Part shown: positions 1 through 9,366 of the stretch, piece by piece
Layout: the number at the start of each line of letters is the position of its first letter
Position numbering within the stretch: the stretch's first letter is position 1
Virus record (IMG/VR): IMGVR_UViG_3300020576_008020
Origin: an uncultured virus (IMG/VR IMGVR_UViG_3300020576_008020)
Taxonomy: Duplodnaviria > Heunggongvirae > Uroviricota > Caudoviricetes
Reading direction: 5' to 3' (one strand)
Length of the DNA: 64,000 bases
Translations under genes and position numbers: made by a program
The notes under the pieces: generated by a model
Told to the model about the DNA's origin: nothing
Database searches by the model: none
Seen by the model: the letters and a program-made list of their open reading frames with translations, nothing else

Positions 1-58
1 TATTATACAAAACCAGTATAATACTGGCAATAACAACTACACACTAAAAACAATTGAA

Positions 59-220
59 ATGTATAAGGTTTTTATAAACGGCTTTGAATGGTGGGCGGAT
101 ACCACAAACAGAATGTTGTACGAAAATGTGGATAAATCCGGCGGTTTTACTGAATTTAAATTCCTGACCCAAAACGAATTGAACCAATTAAATAATTTTA
201 TCAAATACCCCTATCGCTAA
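59..220 (+). CDS. hypothetical protein (53 aa, not in ORF track)
   Basis: ATG at 59 open to TAA at 218-220 (MYKVFINGFEWW...KYPYR). Confidence 0.55.
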   Translation: MYKVFINGFEWWADTTNRMLYENVDKSGGFTEFKFLTQNELNQLNNFIKYPYR

Positions 221-225
221 ATGTT

Positions 226-240
226 TGGCATGGGAATTGC
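226..240 (+). promoter_or_regulatory. sigma54-type -24/-12 promoter
   Basis: TGGCATG-GGAA-TTGC, intergenic, upstream of ORF 280. Confidence 0.7.
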
Positions 241-279
241 ATTACCTAACATGTAAGTTTACTCAACAAAATAAATAAA

Positions 280-609
280 ATGGAATTTAAAGTATTATTT
301 CCGGACGGCGGACTTATCAATCAAGATACCGTAATCAAAGGCACCCATAACAGCTATAAAATAACAACCGAAAAGGGCTTATGCCAAGTTATCAAATCTG
401 CCTGGTGCAAGTGGACCGGCTCAAAGAACTTCACTGAGTGGGCAAAGGAACTCAATGCTGATAAAAACTTTGAGGGTACTTTCACAATCGAACATGCACT
501 GGACAATCTTTGTTCAAATTTCCATCTTGAAATGAATGGGAAAGCTGTTGACCTATACGCTTTTTTTCAAACGCACATGCCTTTAAAAAAAGTTGCTGAT
601 ACCGAATAG
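280..609 (+). CDS. hypothetical protein
   Basis: 109-aa ORF after A-rich leader. Confidence 0.7.
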   Translation: MEFKVLFPDGGLINQDTVIKGTHNSYKITTEKGLCQVIKSAWCKWTGSKNFTEWAKELNADKNFEGTFTIEHALDNLCSNFHLEMNGKAVDLYAFFQTHMPLKKVADTE

Positions 610-628
610 CCTAACATAATCTCACCTC

Positions 629-814
629 ATGGAAACCATAAACGAAAACGATATTGTAGAAACCAACCAGCCTTTTGGCTATATACCCCAAAATGCCACT
701 GGCACTGTTGTCCATGTTTATAATGACGATGCGGTTGAGGTGGAATTTGATTTCTTGGGGTCAACTGCGGTTGAAACTATGAGTACTAAATTGCTTACAA
801 AAAAGAATAAATAA
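629..814 (+). CDS. DUF4926-like small protein
   Basis: D-x-V...GTVVHVY...VEVEF pattern. Confidence 0.55.
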   Translation: METINENDIVETNQPFGYIPQNATGTVVHVYNDDAVEVEFDFLGSTAVETMSTKLLTKKNK

Positions 815-815
815 A

Positions 816-1037
816 ATGAGCCACCAATTACAAATAGAACATTTTACCGGAGAAATAAGCCGCGCCTGCATCGCTTGTGCCTACGGAACTGTCAGCAAGA
901 AGCTTTGGGTTATAACAAAGGTTATTAAGGGCGGAAAAGTATTTTCCGAATTTTCGGTAATGGTAGGTAACGAACCTGTAATTCTTAATGACAGGCATGA
1001 CCTTGAATGCGCCATAACAGAATATAACAAGCATTAA
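816..1037 (+). CDS. hypothetical protein
   Basis: 73-aa ORF tightly coupled to previous gene. Confidence 0.6.
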   Translation: MSHQLQIEHFTGEISRACIACAYGTVSKKLWVITKVIKGGKVFSEFSVMVGNEPVILNDRHDLECAITEYNKH

Positions 1038-1305
1038 CTGCATTTTTTTCTATTTTTTTTTAAAATCTGAAAATGAACCATACCAAAACGTACTATCAAG
1101 GAGTAAGCGGGTCCTCTATTTTTACAGAGTGGGGAAAATCTCATTTTGATACAAAAGATGAATTAATAGAGGCTATTAAAAAATTTAAAAACGACGCACG
1201 CACAACCCAAAAATGACTGATGAAAATGTAGTTTATTGGAAAAACAAAAGTTATACCATAGAACGCATAACCATCAAAACAGAAGAATTTGAAACAATTT
1301 AACCT

Positions 1306-1521
1306 ATGAGTAAATCAAACGTCATACAATGCGTTAAAAACACTGCTCCAGATTTTCTTGGTCGTCAGGGATTTACACTCCGGTGGTGGGCCAATAACAT
1401 AGGTAGGGCATTAAATGAGACCGGCTGGCGCTACCAGGAGTTTTATGCCGTAGTTGATGAGCACAAAGCTTCAGCAGAAAAAGACGGAAAACAATTTATT
1501 GTTTTACCAGCATTTGATTAA
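1306..1521 (+). CDS. hypothetical protein
   Basis: 71-aa ORF in operon-like run. Confidence 0.6.
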   Translation: MSKSNVIQCVKNTAPDFLGRQGFTLRWWANNIGRALNETGWRYQEFYAVVDEHKASAEKDGKQFIVLPAFD

Positions 1522-1535
1522 GTAGAACACAAATT

Positions 1536-1721
1536 ATGGCAACCGGCGACAGGAACATTAAACAAAAAGCAACAGATATAGTTCGGCATTTCTCTGATAC
1601 TAAGTCGGCTGGCCATCCAATTTGCGGTACTAAAAATTACGGCTATTCTTCAACTGACGTAAACGATGTTTCTTGCAAAAAATGCAAAAAGCTACTTGAA
1701 AAAAGAAAATTAAACACATAA
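1536..1721 (+). CDS. small Cys/His protein, possible Zn-binding
   Basis: H...ICG...VSCKKC motif. Confidence 0.55.
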   Translation: MATGDRNIKQKATDIVRHFSDTKSAGHPICGTKNYGYSSTDVNDVSCKKCKKLLEKRKLNT

Positions 1722-1727
1722 CAAAAT

Positions 1728-1777
1728 ATGGACACAAAAAAATTCCAAGTCGCATACGCACCAGCTAAAAAAAATTA
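1728..1777 (+). pseudogene. 5' fragment of gene interrupted by the IS1595 element
   Basis: MDTKKFQVAYAPAKKN joins in frame to 5116 onward when the element and one TSD copy are removed. Confidence 0.8.
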
Positions 1778-1890
1778 GGTAATGACATATTTTAGTGTAC
1801 CGCCAAATATTTTAATAAATATTTATTGAATTACTTGCACGTACCGAAAATAGGTATTATATTTGTGTTGAACAATTAAAGACTAATAGA

Positions 1891-2841
1891 ATGGAAAAAG
1901 CTAAAAAGACCGTACAGTTCAATTCATTTCCCGCAATGATTAACGCATTGCCTGACGACAAATCTTGTCGTGAATACTTAGAGCAAAAAATATGGAAAGG
2001 TGGCAATCCAGTATGTCCCTACTGTGGTGGTCATAAACATTACAGGCTCACAGAGCATGGAGAATTTAAGGGGCAATACAAGTGCGCTGATTGCAAAAAG
2101 CGTTATAACGTAATGGTGGGTACAATGTTTGAAGGTACACACATCGGATTGCGTAAATGGTTTATTGCGATTTATATTTTCTCACTTCATAAAAAGGGCG
2201 TTTCATCACATCAGTTAGCAAGTGATTTGGACATCACCCAAAAGTCAGCTTGGTTCTTATTGAGCCGCATACGCCACGCATTTGCGCCAGACCAACCAAC
2301 CGAAGCAATAGACGGTTTGTTTCATGCAGACGAAACTTTCGTAGGTGGCAAGAACAAAAACAGGCATGAGGATAAGAAGATAGACGGCAGCGAAGGGCGC
2401 AGCCTGAAAGATAAAACACCTGTATTCGGTCTTATGCAGGAAGGTGGCTATGTGCGTACCCATGTAGTACCAAACACAAAAGCCGTAACTTTGAAGCCGA
2501 TTATTGAGGGTATGGTAAAGAAGGGTTCTATCATTGTAACAGACGAATGGCTTGCCTATAAAGGCTTGGCAAAGAATTATAACCACGTTGTTATAAATCA
2601 TCTGGAAAATGAGTATGTTAGAGGGGGATTTGACAACAATGGCTTAGAGGGTTTTTGGTCGTTACTGAAAAGAGGCATATACGGAATTTACCACCAAGTA
2701 AGCCCTAAACATTTGAACAAGTATTGTGATGAATTTTCATTCAGGTACAATGCACGTAAGGCAAGTGTAAACGATAAGTTTGACTATTCGCTCGAAAATT
2801 CAACAAGATTAATGTACAAACAATTAATAGGGAAAGCATAA
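1891..2841 (+). CDS. IS1595-family (ISXO2-like) DDE transposase
   Basis: Zn ribbon CPYCG..CADC, GTMFE, HTH region, ADETFVGG / IVTDEW / NGLEGFW motifs. Confidence 0.93.
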   Translation: MEKAKKTVQFNSFPAMINALPDDKSCREYLEQKIWKGGNPVCPYCGGHKHYRLTEHGEFKGQYKCADCKKRYNVMVGTMFEGTHIGLRKWFIAIYIFSLHKKGVSSHQLASDLDITQKSAWFLLSRIRHAFAPDQPTEAIDGLFHADETFVGGKNKNRHEDKKIDGSEGRSLKDKTPVFGLMQEGGYVRTHVVPNTKAVTLKPIIEGMVKKGSIIVTDEWLAYKGLAKNYNHVVINHLENEYVRGGFDNNGLEGFWSLLKRGIYGIYHQVSPKHLNKYCDEFSFRYNARKASVNDKFDYSLENSTRLMYKQLIGKA

Positions 2842-3809
2842 TGTCCAAGACCTTATTAAATAGAAATTTACACGCTGCGAAAAGCTCAAAAAAGGATGAG
2901 TATTATACGCAGTTAGCAGATATAGAAAGAGAGCTAAAGTATTATAAAGCTCACTTCAAAGGGAAAGTGGTTTATTGTAATTGCGATGACCCCCGTATCA
3001 GTAATTTTTTCCATTACTTCTCATATAACTTTAAGAAGTTAGGTCTTAAGAAACTAATCACTACTTGTTATAAAAGCATAAACCCTGAACTATTCAGTAA
3101 GAACGATTCTGAAAGAGCGATTTATTCGGAGTATGATGGGAGTAAGCAGGGTGGTAATGTTCCTGATATAAATGAAATAGGCATCATTCACTTACAGAAT
3201 GATGGCGATTTTCGTAGCGCGGAAAGTGTAGAGTTATTAAATCAAGCCGATATAGTTGTTACTAATCCGCCATTTTCTTTATTTAGGGAGTATGTCGCCC
3301 AATTGATGGAATACGACAAGAAATTTATAATAATTGGGAATATAAATGCCGTATCCTACAAAGAATGCTTTGAGGCAATCAAAGAAAATAAGATGTGGTT
3401 AGGGTATAATTGCGTTAGGCATTTCGTTCAACCAGATGGCACTATGTATGAGACCGCAAGAACTTATTGGTACACCAATCTTGATATAGCCAAACGCCAT
3501 GAGTACATAATACTATACAAAACGTATTTTGGAAATGAAAAAGATTACCCTACTTACGATAACTATGATGCAATAAATGTGGATAGAACGCAGGATATAC
3601 CGATAGATTTTACTGGTGTAATTGGTGTGCCTATTACCTTTCTTGATAAATATAATGCTGCTCAATTTGAGATATTAGGAATGGCGGCTTCTGCTGGTTA
3701 TAGCCCGGAAATTGTAGGCATTCCTTTTAAGGGAGATAAAGATGCTCGACCCCTCGTAAATGGGAAAAATATTTACGCAAGGGTATTTATAAAAAACAAG
3801 CGGATATGA
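2841..3809 (+). CDS. adenine-specific DNA methyltransferase, EcoRI-family
   Basis: DEYYT, VYCNCDDP, GDFRS, VVTNPPFSLFREY, GVPITFLDKY. Confidence 0.88.
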   Translation: MSKTLLNRNLHAAKSSKKDEYYTQLADIERELKYYKAHFKGKVVYCNCDDPRISNFFHYFSYNFKKLGLKKLITTCYKSINPELFSKNDSERAIYSEYDGSKQGGNVPDINEIGIIHLQNDGDFRSAESVELLNQADIVVTNPPFSLFREYVAQLMEYDKKFIIIGNINAVSYKECFEAIKENKMWLGYNCVRHFVQPDGTMYETARTYWYTNLDIAKRHEYIILYKTYFGNEKDYPTYDNYDAINVDRTQDIPIDFTGVIGVPITFLDKYNAAQFEILGMAASAGYSPEIVGIPFKGDKDARPLVNGKNIYARVFIKNKRI

Positions 3810-4906
3810 ATATAGAACTTAAAGAAATAACAGTTCGCGACCTTACTCAGGGGTATCAAGATACCGAAGAGAACGGAGTTATGGGCTATGATGGTAAGTT
3901 AGATATTCGTCCGCCATATCAAAGGGAGTTTATTTATAAAGACAAGCAGAGGGATGCTGTTATAGATACCATAACAAAGGACTTCCCACTTAATGTAATG
4001 TATTGGGCGGTTAGAGAAGATGGTGGATTTGAGGTGATAGATGGGCAGCAGCGGACTATTTCAATCTGCCAATATGTAGAGGGAGATTATTCAGTAGCGA
4101 TTGGTACTTTCCGAGAAAAAAGAGCATTTCACAATTTACAGGATGATGAAAAAGAACAAATACTTAACTATACGCTAATGGTGTATTTGTGTAGTGGCAC
4201 GGACAGCGAAAAACTTGAATGGTTTAAGACGATAAATATTGCAGGAGAAAAATTAACAGACCAAGAACTACGGAACGCTGTTTATCATGGTTTATGGGTT
4301 GCAGATGCAAAAAGATATTTCAGTAAAAGTAATTGTGCCGCTTACGGATTGGGTGGGGATTATGTGTCTGGTGTACCGATTAGGCAAGATTTTTTAGAAA
4401 CTACTATAAGATGGATAAGCAATGATAGCATTGAGGTCTACATGGCTAAACAACAGCATGAGCCTACTGCGAATGAATTGTGGCTGTATTTTCAAAGTGT
4501 GATAAACTGGGTAAAAGTAGTATTCCCGAATTACAGAAAGGAAATGAAGGGCATCCAGTGGGGCTTTTTATATAATCAGTTTAAGGATGGCAGATATGAT
4601 ACCAAGAAAATAGAGAATGAAATTGCAGAACTGATGCAAGACGAGGATGTAACTAATAAGAAAGGCATATATACCTACATACTAACAAGGAACGAAAAGC
4701 ATTTGAATATCCGTGCATTCACAGACAAGCAAATAAGAGAGGCTTACGAAAGACAAAAGGGTATTTGTGTAAAATGTGGTAACAAATTTGAATTGACGGC
4801 GATGGAAGCAGACCATATTACGCCGTGGCATCAAGGCGGCAAAACTTCTGCTGATAATTGCCAAATGCTATGCCAAGACGATAACAGAAGAAAATCCGGT
4901 AAATGA
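3806..4906 (+). CDS. DUF262 (GmrSD-like) + C-terminal HNH endonuclease
   Basis: RPPYQRE, DGQQR motif, CVKC...EADHITPWHQGGKT..NCQMLC..DN. Confidence 0.88.
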   Translation: MNIELKEITVRDLTQGYQDTEENGVMGYDGKLDIRPPYQREFIYKDKQRDAVIDTITKDFPLNVMYWAVREDGGFEVIDGQQRTISICQYVEGDYSVAIGTFREKRAFHNLQDDEKEQILNYTLMVYLCSGTDSEKLEWFKTINIAGEKLTDQELRNAVYHGLWVADAKRYFSKSNCAAYGLGGDYVSGVPIRQDFLETTIRWISNDSIEVYMAKQQHEPTANELWLYFQSVINWVKVVFPNYRKEMKGIQWGFLYNQFKDGRYDTKKIENEIAELMQDEDVTNKKGIYTYILTRNEKHLNIRAFTDKQIREAYERQKGICVKCGNKFELTAMEADHITPWHQGGKTSADNCQMLCQDDNRRKSGK

Positions 4907-5073
4907 TGAGCAAGAGAAACGTGAAAAAGAGAGGGCTAACAGATGCCGAATTGATTGCCAAGTATGATACTGGCGGTAAGGTTAATTTCAACAAAGCATT
5001 GAAGTTAATGAGCAAAAAGCCAAGTCATTTTGCTTTAGCAAAGAACGCTCAAACAGGGCGTTTGAAAGATTAA
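4903..5073 (+). CDS. small basic hypothetical passenger protein (56 aa)
   Basis: ATGA overlap with HNH gene stop; open to TAA 5071-5073 just inside right TIR. Confidence 0.55.
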   Translation: MMSKRNVKKRGLTDAELIAKYDTGGKVNFNKALKLMSKKPSHFALAKNAQTGRLKD

Positions 5074-5115
5074 TCTTTCCTTCGGTACACTAAAATATGT
5101 CATTACCAAAAATTA

Positions 5116-5821
5116 TATTGAATATGGTGATGTTTTTCGCGATGAAAAGGGCAAAATACATTTTGCTTCTGCGCATCATGGCCATATTGAAAAGTGGGAA
5201 AAACAACTGACGTATATTGTTGACACAAGCATGAGGCAAGATAGTATACAAAAAGGAGACAAGGCCATTATGCTAAAAAAAGATTCTTTATTCTATGGCG
5301 AGATTATCAAGTGTAAGTCTAATAAAAATGTTTTACGAGAGCTTGGCTGGTGTAAAATATTTGCTGTAGGCTCCTATACTTCAGGCGGCCCTTTCTTTCC
5401 TGAAAACATAGCATTTGGTTTGCCTAAAATTCCAAAGGTAGACATTGCCTATATTGCTCAAAATGAGCTTACTGAGGTAGAGCTGGAAATAGACAAAGAA
5501 GATATAAAAATATCCAGTACAGGATTTGTCCGTTTGGTTAGAAAAATACAAATTCCGAAACGACAAGACCAAAACAGGCTATTGATTGCTACGGATGATA
5601 GCGGAGCTGTCATGTTTGCTATATTAAATAACAACAACTTTGAAGCTGCACTAGAACAGGCCCTAAAAGAAAATTACGACTGCGATGTAGAAATAGTATT
5701 TATTAGCGAGCCTAACAAAATGATAGTTCGCGAAGTAAAAGCAAAAGTCATTGATAAAAGCGGCGATAATGACCCATACATTGCAGATGTGACATTAATT
5801 CCAGCATATCTGTATAAATAA
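5116..5821 (+). pseudogene. 3' part of IS-interrupted hypothetical gene (ORF track 5231-5821)
   Basis: frame open from the TSD to 5821 and continuous with the 1728 fragment. Confidence 0.75.
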
Positions 5822-5855
5822 ATAATACTATCTTTACGTTTTAGAAAAAAGGCTT

Positions 5856-6119
5856 ATGACCGCTAAACAACTATACGACCACATAACAAAACAGATGCCT
5901 GCTGAGCAGGCGCTTTTAAAGCTACTGGAAAACACTTTTCTGACATACGAAAAATTGAAGTTTCCAGAAGGCAGCGAACCGGTACATCCACTGGTCATTA
6001 TAGCTAACGCGACTATGGACCTAGGCTGGGCATTCCTGGTAGAGAAAAATACCGAGAATGTAGAAGGTCTGGTTATAGGCACTCAGCAATACATAGAAAG
6101 AACAATTAAAGCCAAATAA
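5856..6119 (+). CDS. hypothetical protein
   Basis: 87-aa ORF. Confidence 0.65.
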   Translation: MTAKQLYDHITKQMPAEQALLKLLENTFLTYEKLKFPEGSEPVHPLVIIANATMDLGWAFLVEKNTENVEGLVIGTQQYIERTIKAK

Positions 6120-6128
6120 AAAACAGGC

Positions 6129-8036
6129 TTACCCCATTCTTACAAAGCTTTTGGTGCTTTTCCAGATATAATCCAGTTCTGAGTACATCATAGATACCTC
6201 TTCACTATCAGCAACCGAACCAGCCTTATATATTTCATCTAATCGGTCATTAATAAACGTGAGCTTTCTGATAGTACTCCACTTTGCATCCTTTACCTGA
6301 TTAGCAATCTGCCTATTCTGCTCTATACACGATTTGATTGCCAGGTCGTCAGCATTAGGGCCAAGGCTAATATTTATTGGCTCTATCTGCATTTGCTCAG
6401 CAGTGGGCTCATTACCTATGCTACCGCCGGATGCAAGTGCGGGAATTTGCATCAATGGTTTATCAATCAGGTATCGATGAGTTAACAGCAATGCCTTACT
6501 ATAACTGCATCGCTGCGGCACATCATCAACAAAAACCATATACTCTTGCTTAACAGAGTTGCTATCCACAGGCACATCATATGACGTAACACGGAGGCGG
6601 CCATCTTCACTGTGCCACTCATACGTTTTATCCGGGCCATCTGCATCAATAATAATCTGCCCTTTTTCTACACGCTCATTAAGTGCTTCAAAAGATGCCG
6701 GGTCTATTGCATCCGATGTAGCCATACCGCCCCGCGCCATCACCTGCCTATTTTCCGCAGCTTTTGTTGGCATAACATAAAACCCTACCCATTCATCATT
6801 GTACGAGTATTCTACCTTATAGGCATCACCTGCTATGGTTTTTACATCATTCATCAATGAAATAACCTTGTCCACCATATTATCATAGTCTTTACCGGAG
6901 GATATATTAGGCGATATTCGTGCGCTAAACCTTATATACTCAACGCCATTGTTTTCGTCCACCTCTGTGCCGGCCTCTCTCCCTATGTAGGGCTCCTTAT
7001 TTTCTATAAAGTACTTCAATTTTTCAATGGAAATTGATTGATTTGGCATTGCACCGCCGGAAGCCATTAAAAATGGACTTGCCGGCAAATGCCCATACTC
7101 ACTTATAAAGCGCTCACCGGCAGCAACATAGTCATGCAATTTCTGAATGTACTCACTGTCATTATTTGCAGTCTGAGCTGCTTGCTCGCGATAGTACGCT
7201 ATATTCTTTTTTGCCTTGCCGATAAGCTCCTGTTTACGTTTGAAATTAGCCTCTGTAATTTCAGGCCCGATGTCTCTAAATCTTCTTACAGCATCATCAT
7301 AAATACTTTGTGCGTATGGAGAAAATTCTTGGGACTCAGTAACAGCGCCACAATCCTCTTTTTTACTATGCTTGCAGCCACAATCCTGCACTATATCATA
7401 ATCCCTGACCATCTTGCCACCGTATTCATATTCCCGGCCAGTAGTGGGTATTTTCAGCTCCGTATCTTCAGTTAAAGCCACACCACCGCCATGCTGATTG
7501 ATAATAGACAGTATTTCCAGGTTAGTAAGCATTTTGCCTTCGAAAGAACGTTTTGTTGTATCGGAAACTGCGGGTCTTGTGATTATAACTTCATTTCCTC
7601 GGTAGACAACTTTATCCCCGGTGCGCTGGTCAATTACTTCATCATCCGTCAGTATAAGGTCTTCAATCTGCTTATCCGTCAGGCGCTTACCATTAAAAGA
7701 ATATTTCTTTTCCATTTGACCGCCCTTTTTGAATTTCACACCACCGGCATCAGAGTTAATTTTAGATAGAATCTCCCTGCCAGTCATTTTTTTTCCATCG
7801 AATTCAAATGTCTTTTCACTGTTTACCGCACCGGAAGCTATACTTACCTCGTTTTTCTCTACTTCTACATGCTGCCCGGAGCTTTGGTTTACCGCCGCCA
7901 CGCCACCATTGCTGTGGCGCTCGCCAATAATAACGCCACCCTTGTCGCCATCCTGGTGAATGACAGTTTGCCCTTCTTTAATCCCGGCCAGGTAACCTGT
8001 ACCCTTTTTTGTTTTTGGTAATGTCTCTGTGCTCAT
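6129..8036 (-). CDS. polyvalent-type multidomain phage protein
   Basis: internal repeat NEV..AV....F-x-GK..T..EILS.IN...GGV occurs twice; modules separated by xxxGG linkers; ATG start at 8036 preferred. Confidence 0.65.
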   Translation of the reverse strand: MSTETLPKTKKGTGYLAGIKEGQTVIHQDGDKGGVIIGERHSNGGVAAVNQSSGQHVEVEKNEVSIASGAVNSEKTFEFDGKKMTGREILSKINSDAGGVKFKKGGQMEKKYSFNGKRLTDKQIEDLILTDDEVIDQRTGDKVVYRGNEVIITRPAVSDTTKRSFEGKMLTNLEILSIINQHGGGVALTEDTELKIPTTGREYEYGGKMVRDYDIVQDCGCKHSKKEDCGAVTESQEFSPYAQSIYDDAVRRFRDIGPEITEANFKRKQELIGKAKKNIAYYREQAAQTANNDSEYIQKLHDYVAAGERFISEYGHLPASPFLMASGGAMPNQSISIEKLKYFIENKEPYIGREAGTEVDENNGVEYIRFSARISPNISSGKDYDNMVDKVISLMNDVKTIAGDAYKVEYSYNDEWVGFYVMPTKAAENRQVMARGGMATSDAIDPASFEALNERVEKGQIIIDADGPDKTYEWHSEDGRLRVTSYDVPVDSNSVKQEYMVFVDDVPQRCSYSKALLLTHRYLIDKPLMQIPALASGGSIGNEPTAEQMQIEPINISLGPNADDLAIKSCIEQNRQIANQVKDAKWSTIRKLTFINDRLDEIYKAGSVADSEEVSMMYSELDYIWKSTKSFVRMG

Positions 8037-8098
8037 AGTGGCTTCTTTAATTGGCAAATAAATGGCAATGTCATACTTTTAGGCATAGGTAGAAACCT

Positions 8099-9310
8099 TT
8101 ACTTCTGACTTCCTGCTTCCACGCCAGCGATGTTTTGCTTAGCTCCACAGCCTGTTTGGACGTGCCCCGCCCTGTTTTCTTCTTCACTGTTGTTTTTTAA
8201 TATCTTCTCCAGTCCCATGCTTTTTATGTTCCGCGCCGCATTTACGTCACGGTCATGTAGCGTACCGCAGTTTCCGCACAGCCACTCCCGGTCTTTAAGC
8301 GTCAGCGTATCATTGACAGTACTGCACTCAGAGCATGTTTTGGTACTTTTCTCAAAACGGCCTATTACTACCACGTTTTTGCCTGCCCACTCGGATTTGT
8401 ATTTCAGCAGGCGAATAAACTCCGCCCAACCGACATCACTAATGCCGAATGCCAGGCTGCGGTTCTTTACCATATTTGAGACTGCCAGGTCTTCAATACA
8501 AAACGTATGCGCTTGGCTCTCGCGCAATAGCATTGTACTCAGTTTATGCAGATTATCCTGTCTTCTGTTTTTTACTTTTTCGTGCTGGGCTGCAACCAGC
8601 TTGTTTGCCTTTTTGCGATTGTTGCTGCCTTTTTTCTTTTTAGAAGCACGGCGTTGTAGAATTTTTAGTCTTTCCAGCGCCTGCTTTAAAAACTTAGGGT
8701 TATTGAATTTCCGGCCATCATTGAGTATCGCCAGGTCGGTAATTCCCAGGTCTATGCCAATGGTTGTCTCAGCAGTTATGGGCTGCTTTTGTGGCAGTCC
8801 CTGCTCATTATCCACCAGTATACTGGCAAAGTATTTATCAGTGGGTGTTTTGCTGATGGTAACTGTCCTGATTTTACCTTTTATTTTCCTGCCGTCAAGG
8901 CGGATAGGTATGTTTGGTATTTTAGGTATGGTCAACAGACTTTTTTCAAAGTCTACTTTTCGAGGCCCATCGGGGCAGGAGAAGCTCTGCCGGTTGCAGC
9001 GCTTTTTATATTTTGGAAAACCAAAGTCATGTTTGAAGAAATTATTAAATGCCGTTCCTACTTGCCTGATAGATGATTGAATGGAGTGACTGTAGGGCTC
9101 ATTCAACCATTCGTACTCTTTATCTTTCTTCAGTTCCGAGAATTGATTGATAAGGTCAAACGCAGACAAGCTGATTTTATGGTCTTTATACAGCCGTATC
9201 TTCGTTTCAAGCGCAAGATTGTATATAAGCCGACAACAACCAAATGTCTTGGCCATGAGCGTCTTCTGCTCATTATCAGGATATATGCGGTATTTGTAGG
9301 CCTTTAACAT
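8099..9310 (-). CDS. tnpB: RNA-guided endonuclease TnpB (IS200/IS605 family)
   Basis: MLKAYKYRIYP N-terminus, RuvC GIDLG / IEDL / DRDVNAA, Zn finger CSEC..CGNC; catalytic residues intact. Confidence 0.93.
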   Translation of the reverse strand: MLKAYKYRIYPDNEQKTLMAKTFGCCRLIYNLALETKIRLYKDHKISLSAFDLINQFSELKKDKEYEWLNEPYSHSIQSSIRQVGTAFNNFFKHDFGFPKYKKRCNRQSFSCPDGPRKVDFEKSLLTIPKIPNIPIRLDGRKIKGKIRTVTISKTPTDKYFASILVDNEQGLPQKQPITAETTIGIDLGITDLAILNDGRKFNNPKFLKQALERLKILQRRASKKKKGSNNRKKANKLVAAQHEKVKNRRQDNLHKLSTMLLRESQAHTFCIEDLAVSNMVKNRSLAFGISDVGWAEFIRLLKYKSEWAGKNVVVIGRFEKSTKTCSECSTVNDTLTLKDREWLCGNCGTLHDRDVNAARNIKSMGLEKILKNNSEEENRAGHVQTGCGAKQNIAGVEAGSQK

Positions 9311-9332
9311 TGATGTATTACTAACTTACTCT

Positions 9333-9340
9333 CAAAGATA
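9333..9340 (-). promoter_or_regulatory. Bacteroidota housekeeping -7 promoter element
   Basis: TATCTTTG (TAnnTTTG) just upstream of tnpB, with TTTG further upstream. Confidence 0.6.
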
Positions 9341-9366
9341 ATTGTTTTAATTCAAAGTTTTAATGG

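Larger units (their letters stand above)
1778..5107 (+). mobile_element. IS1595-family transposon with passenger genes
   Basis: perfect 25-bp TIRs GGTAATGACATATTTTAGTGTACCG at 1778-1802 and 5083-5107; 8-bp TSD AAAAATTA at 1770-1777 and 5108-5115. Confidence 0.95.

Noticed and set aside
1073..1302. Two tiny overlapping ORFs that may be one frameshifted gene
   Set aside because: No recognisable homology to decide; too weak to call
8130..9080. 316-aa + strand ORF
   Set aside because: Antisense shadow of tnpB with no motifs; the same applies to most short + strand ORFs between 6500 and 60000
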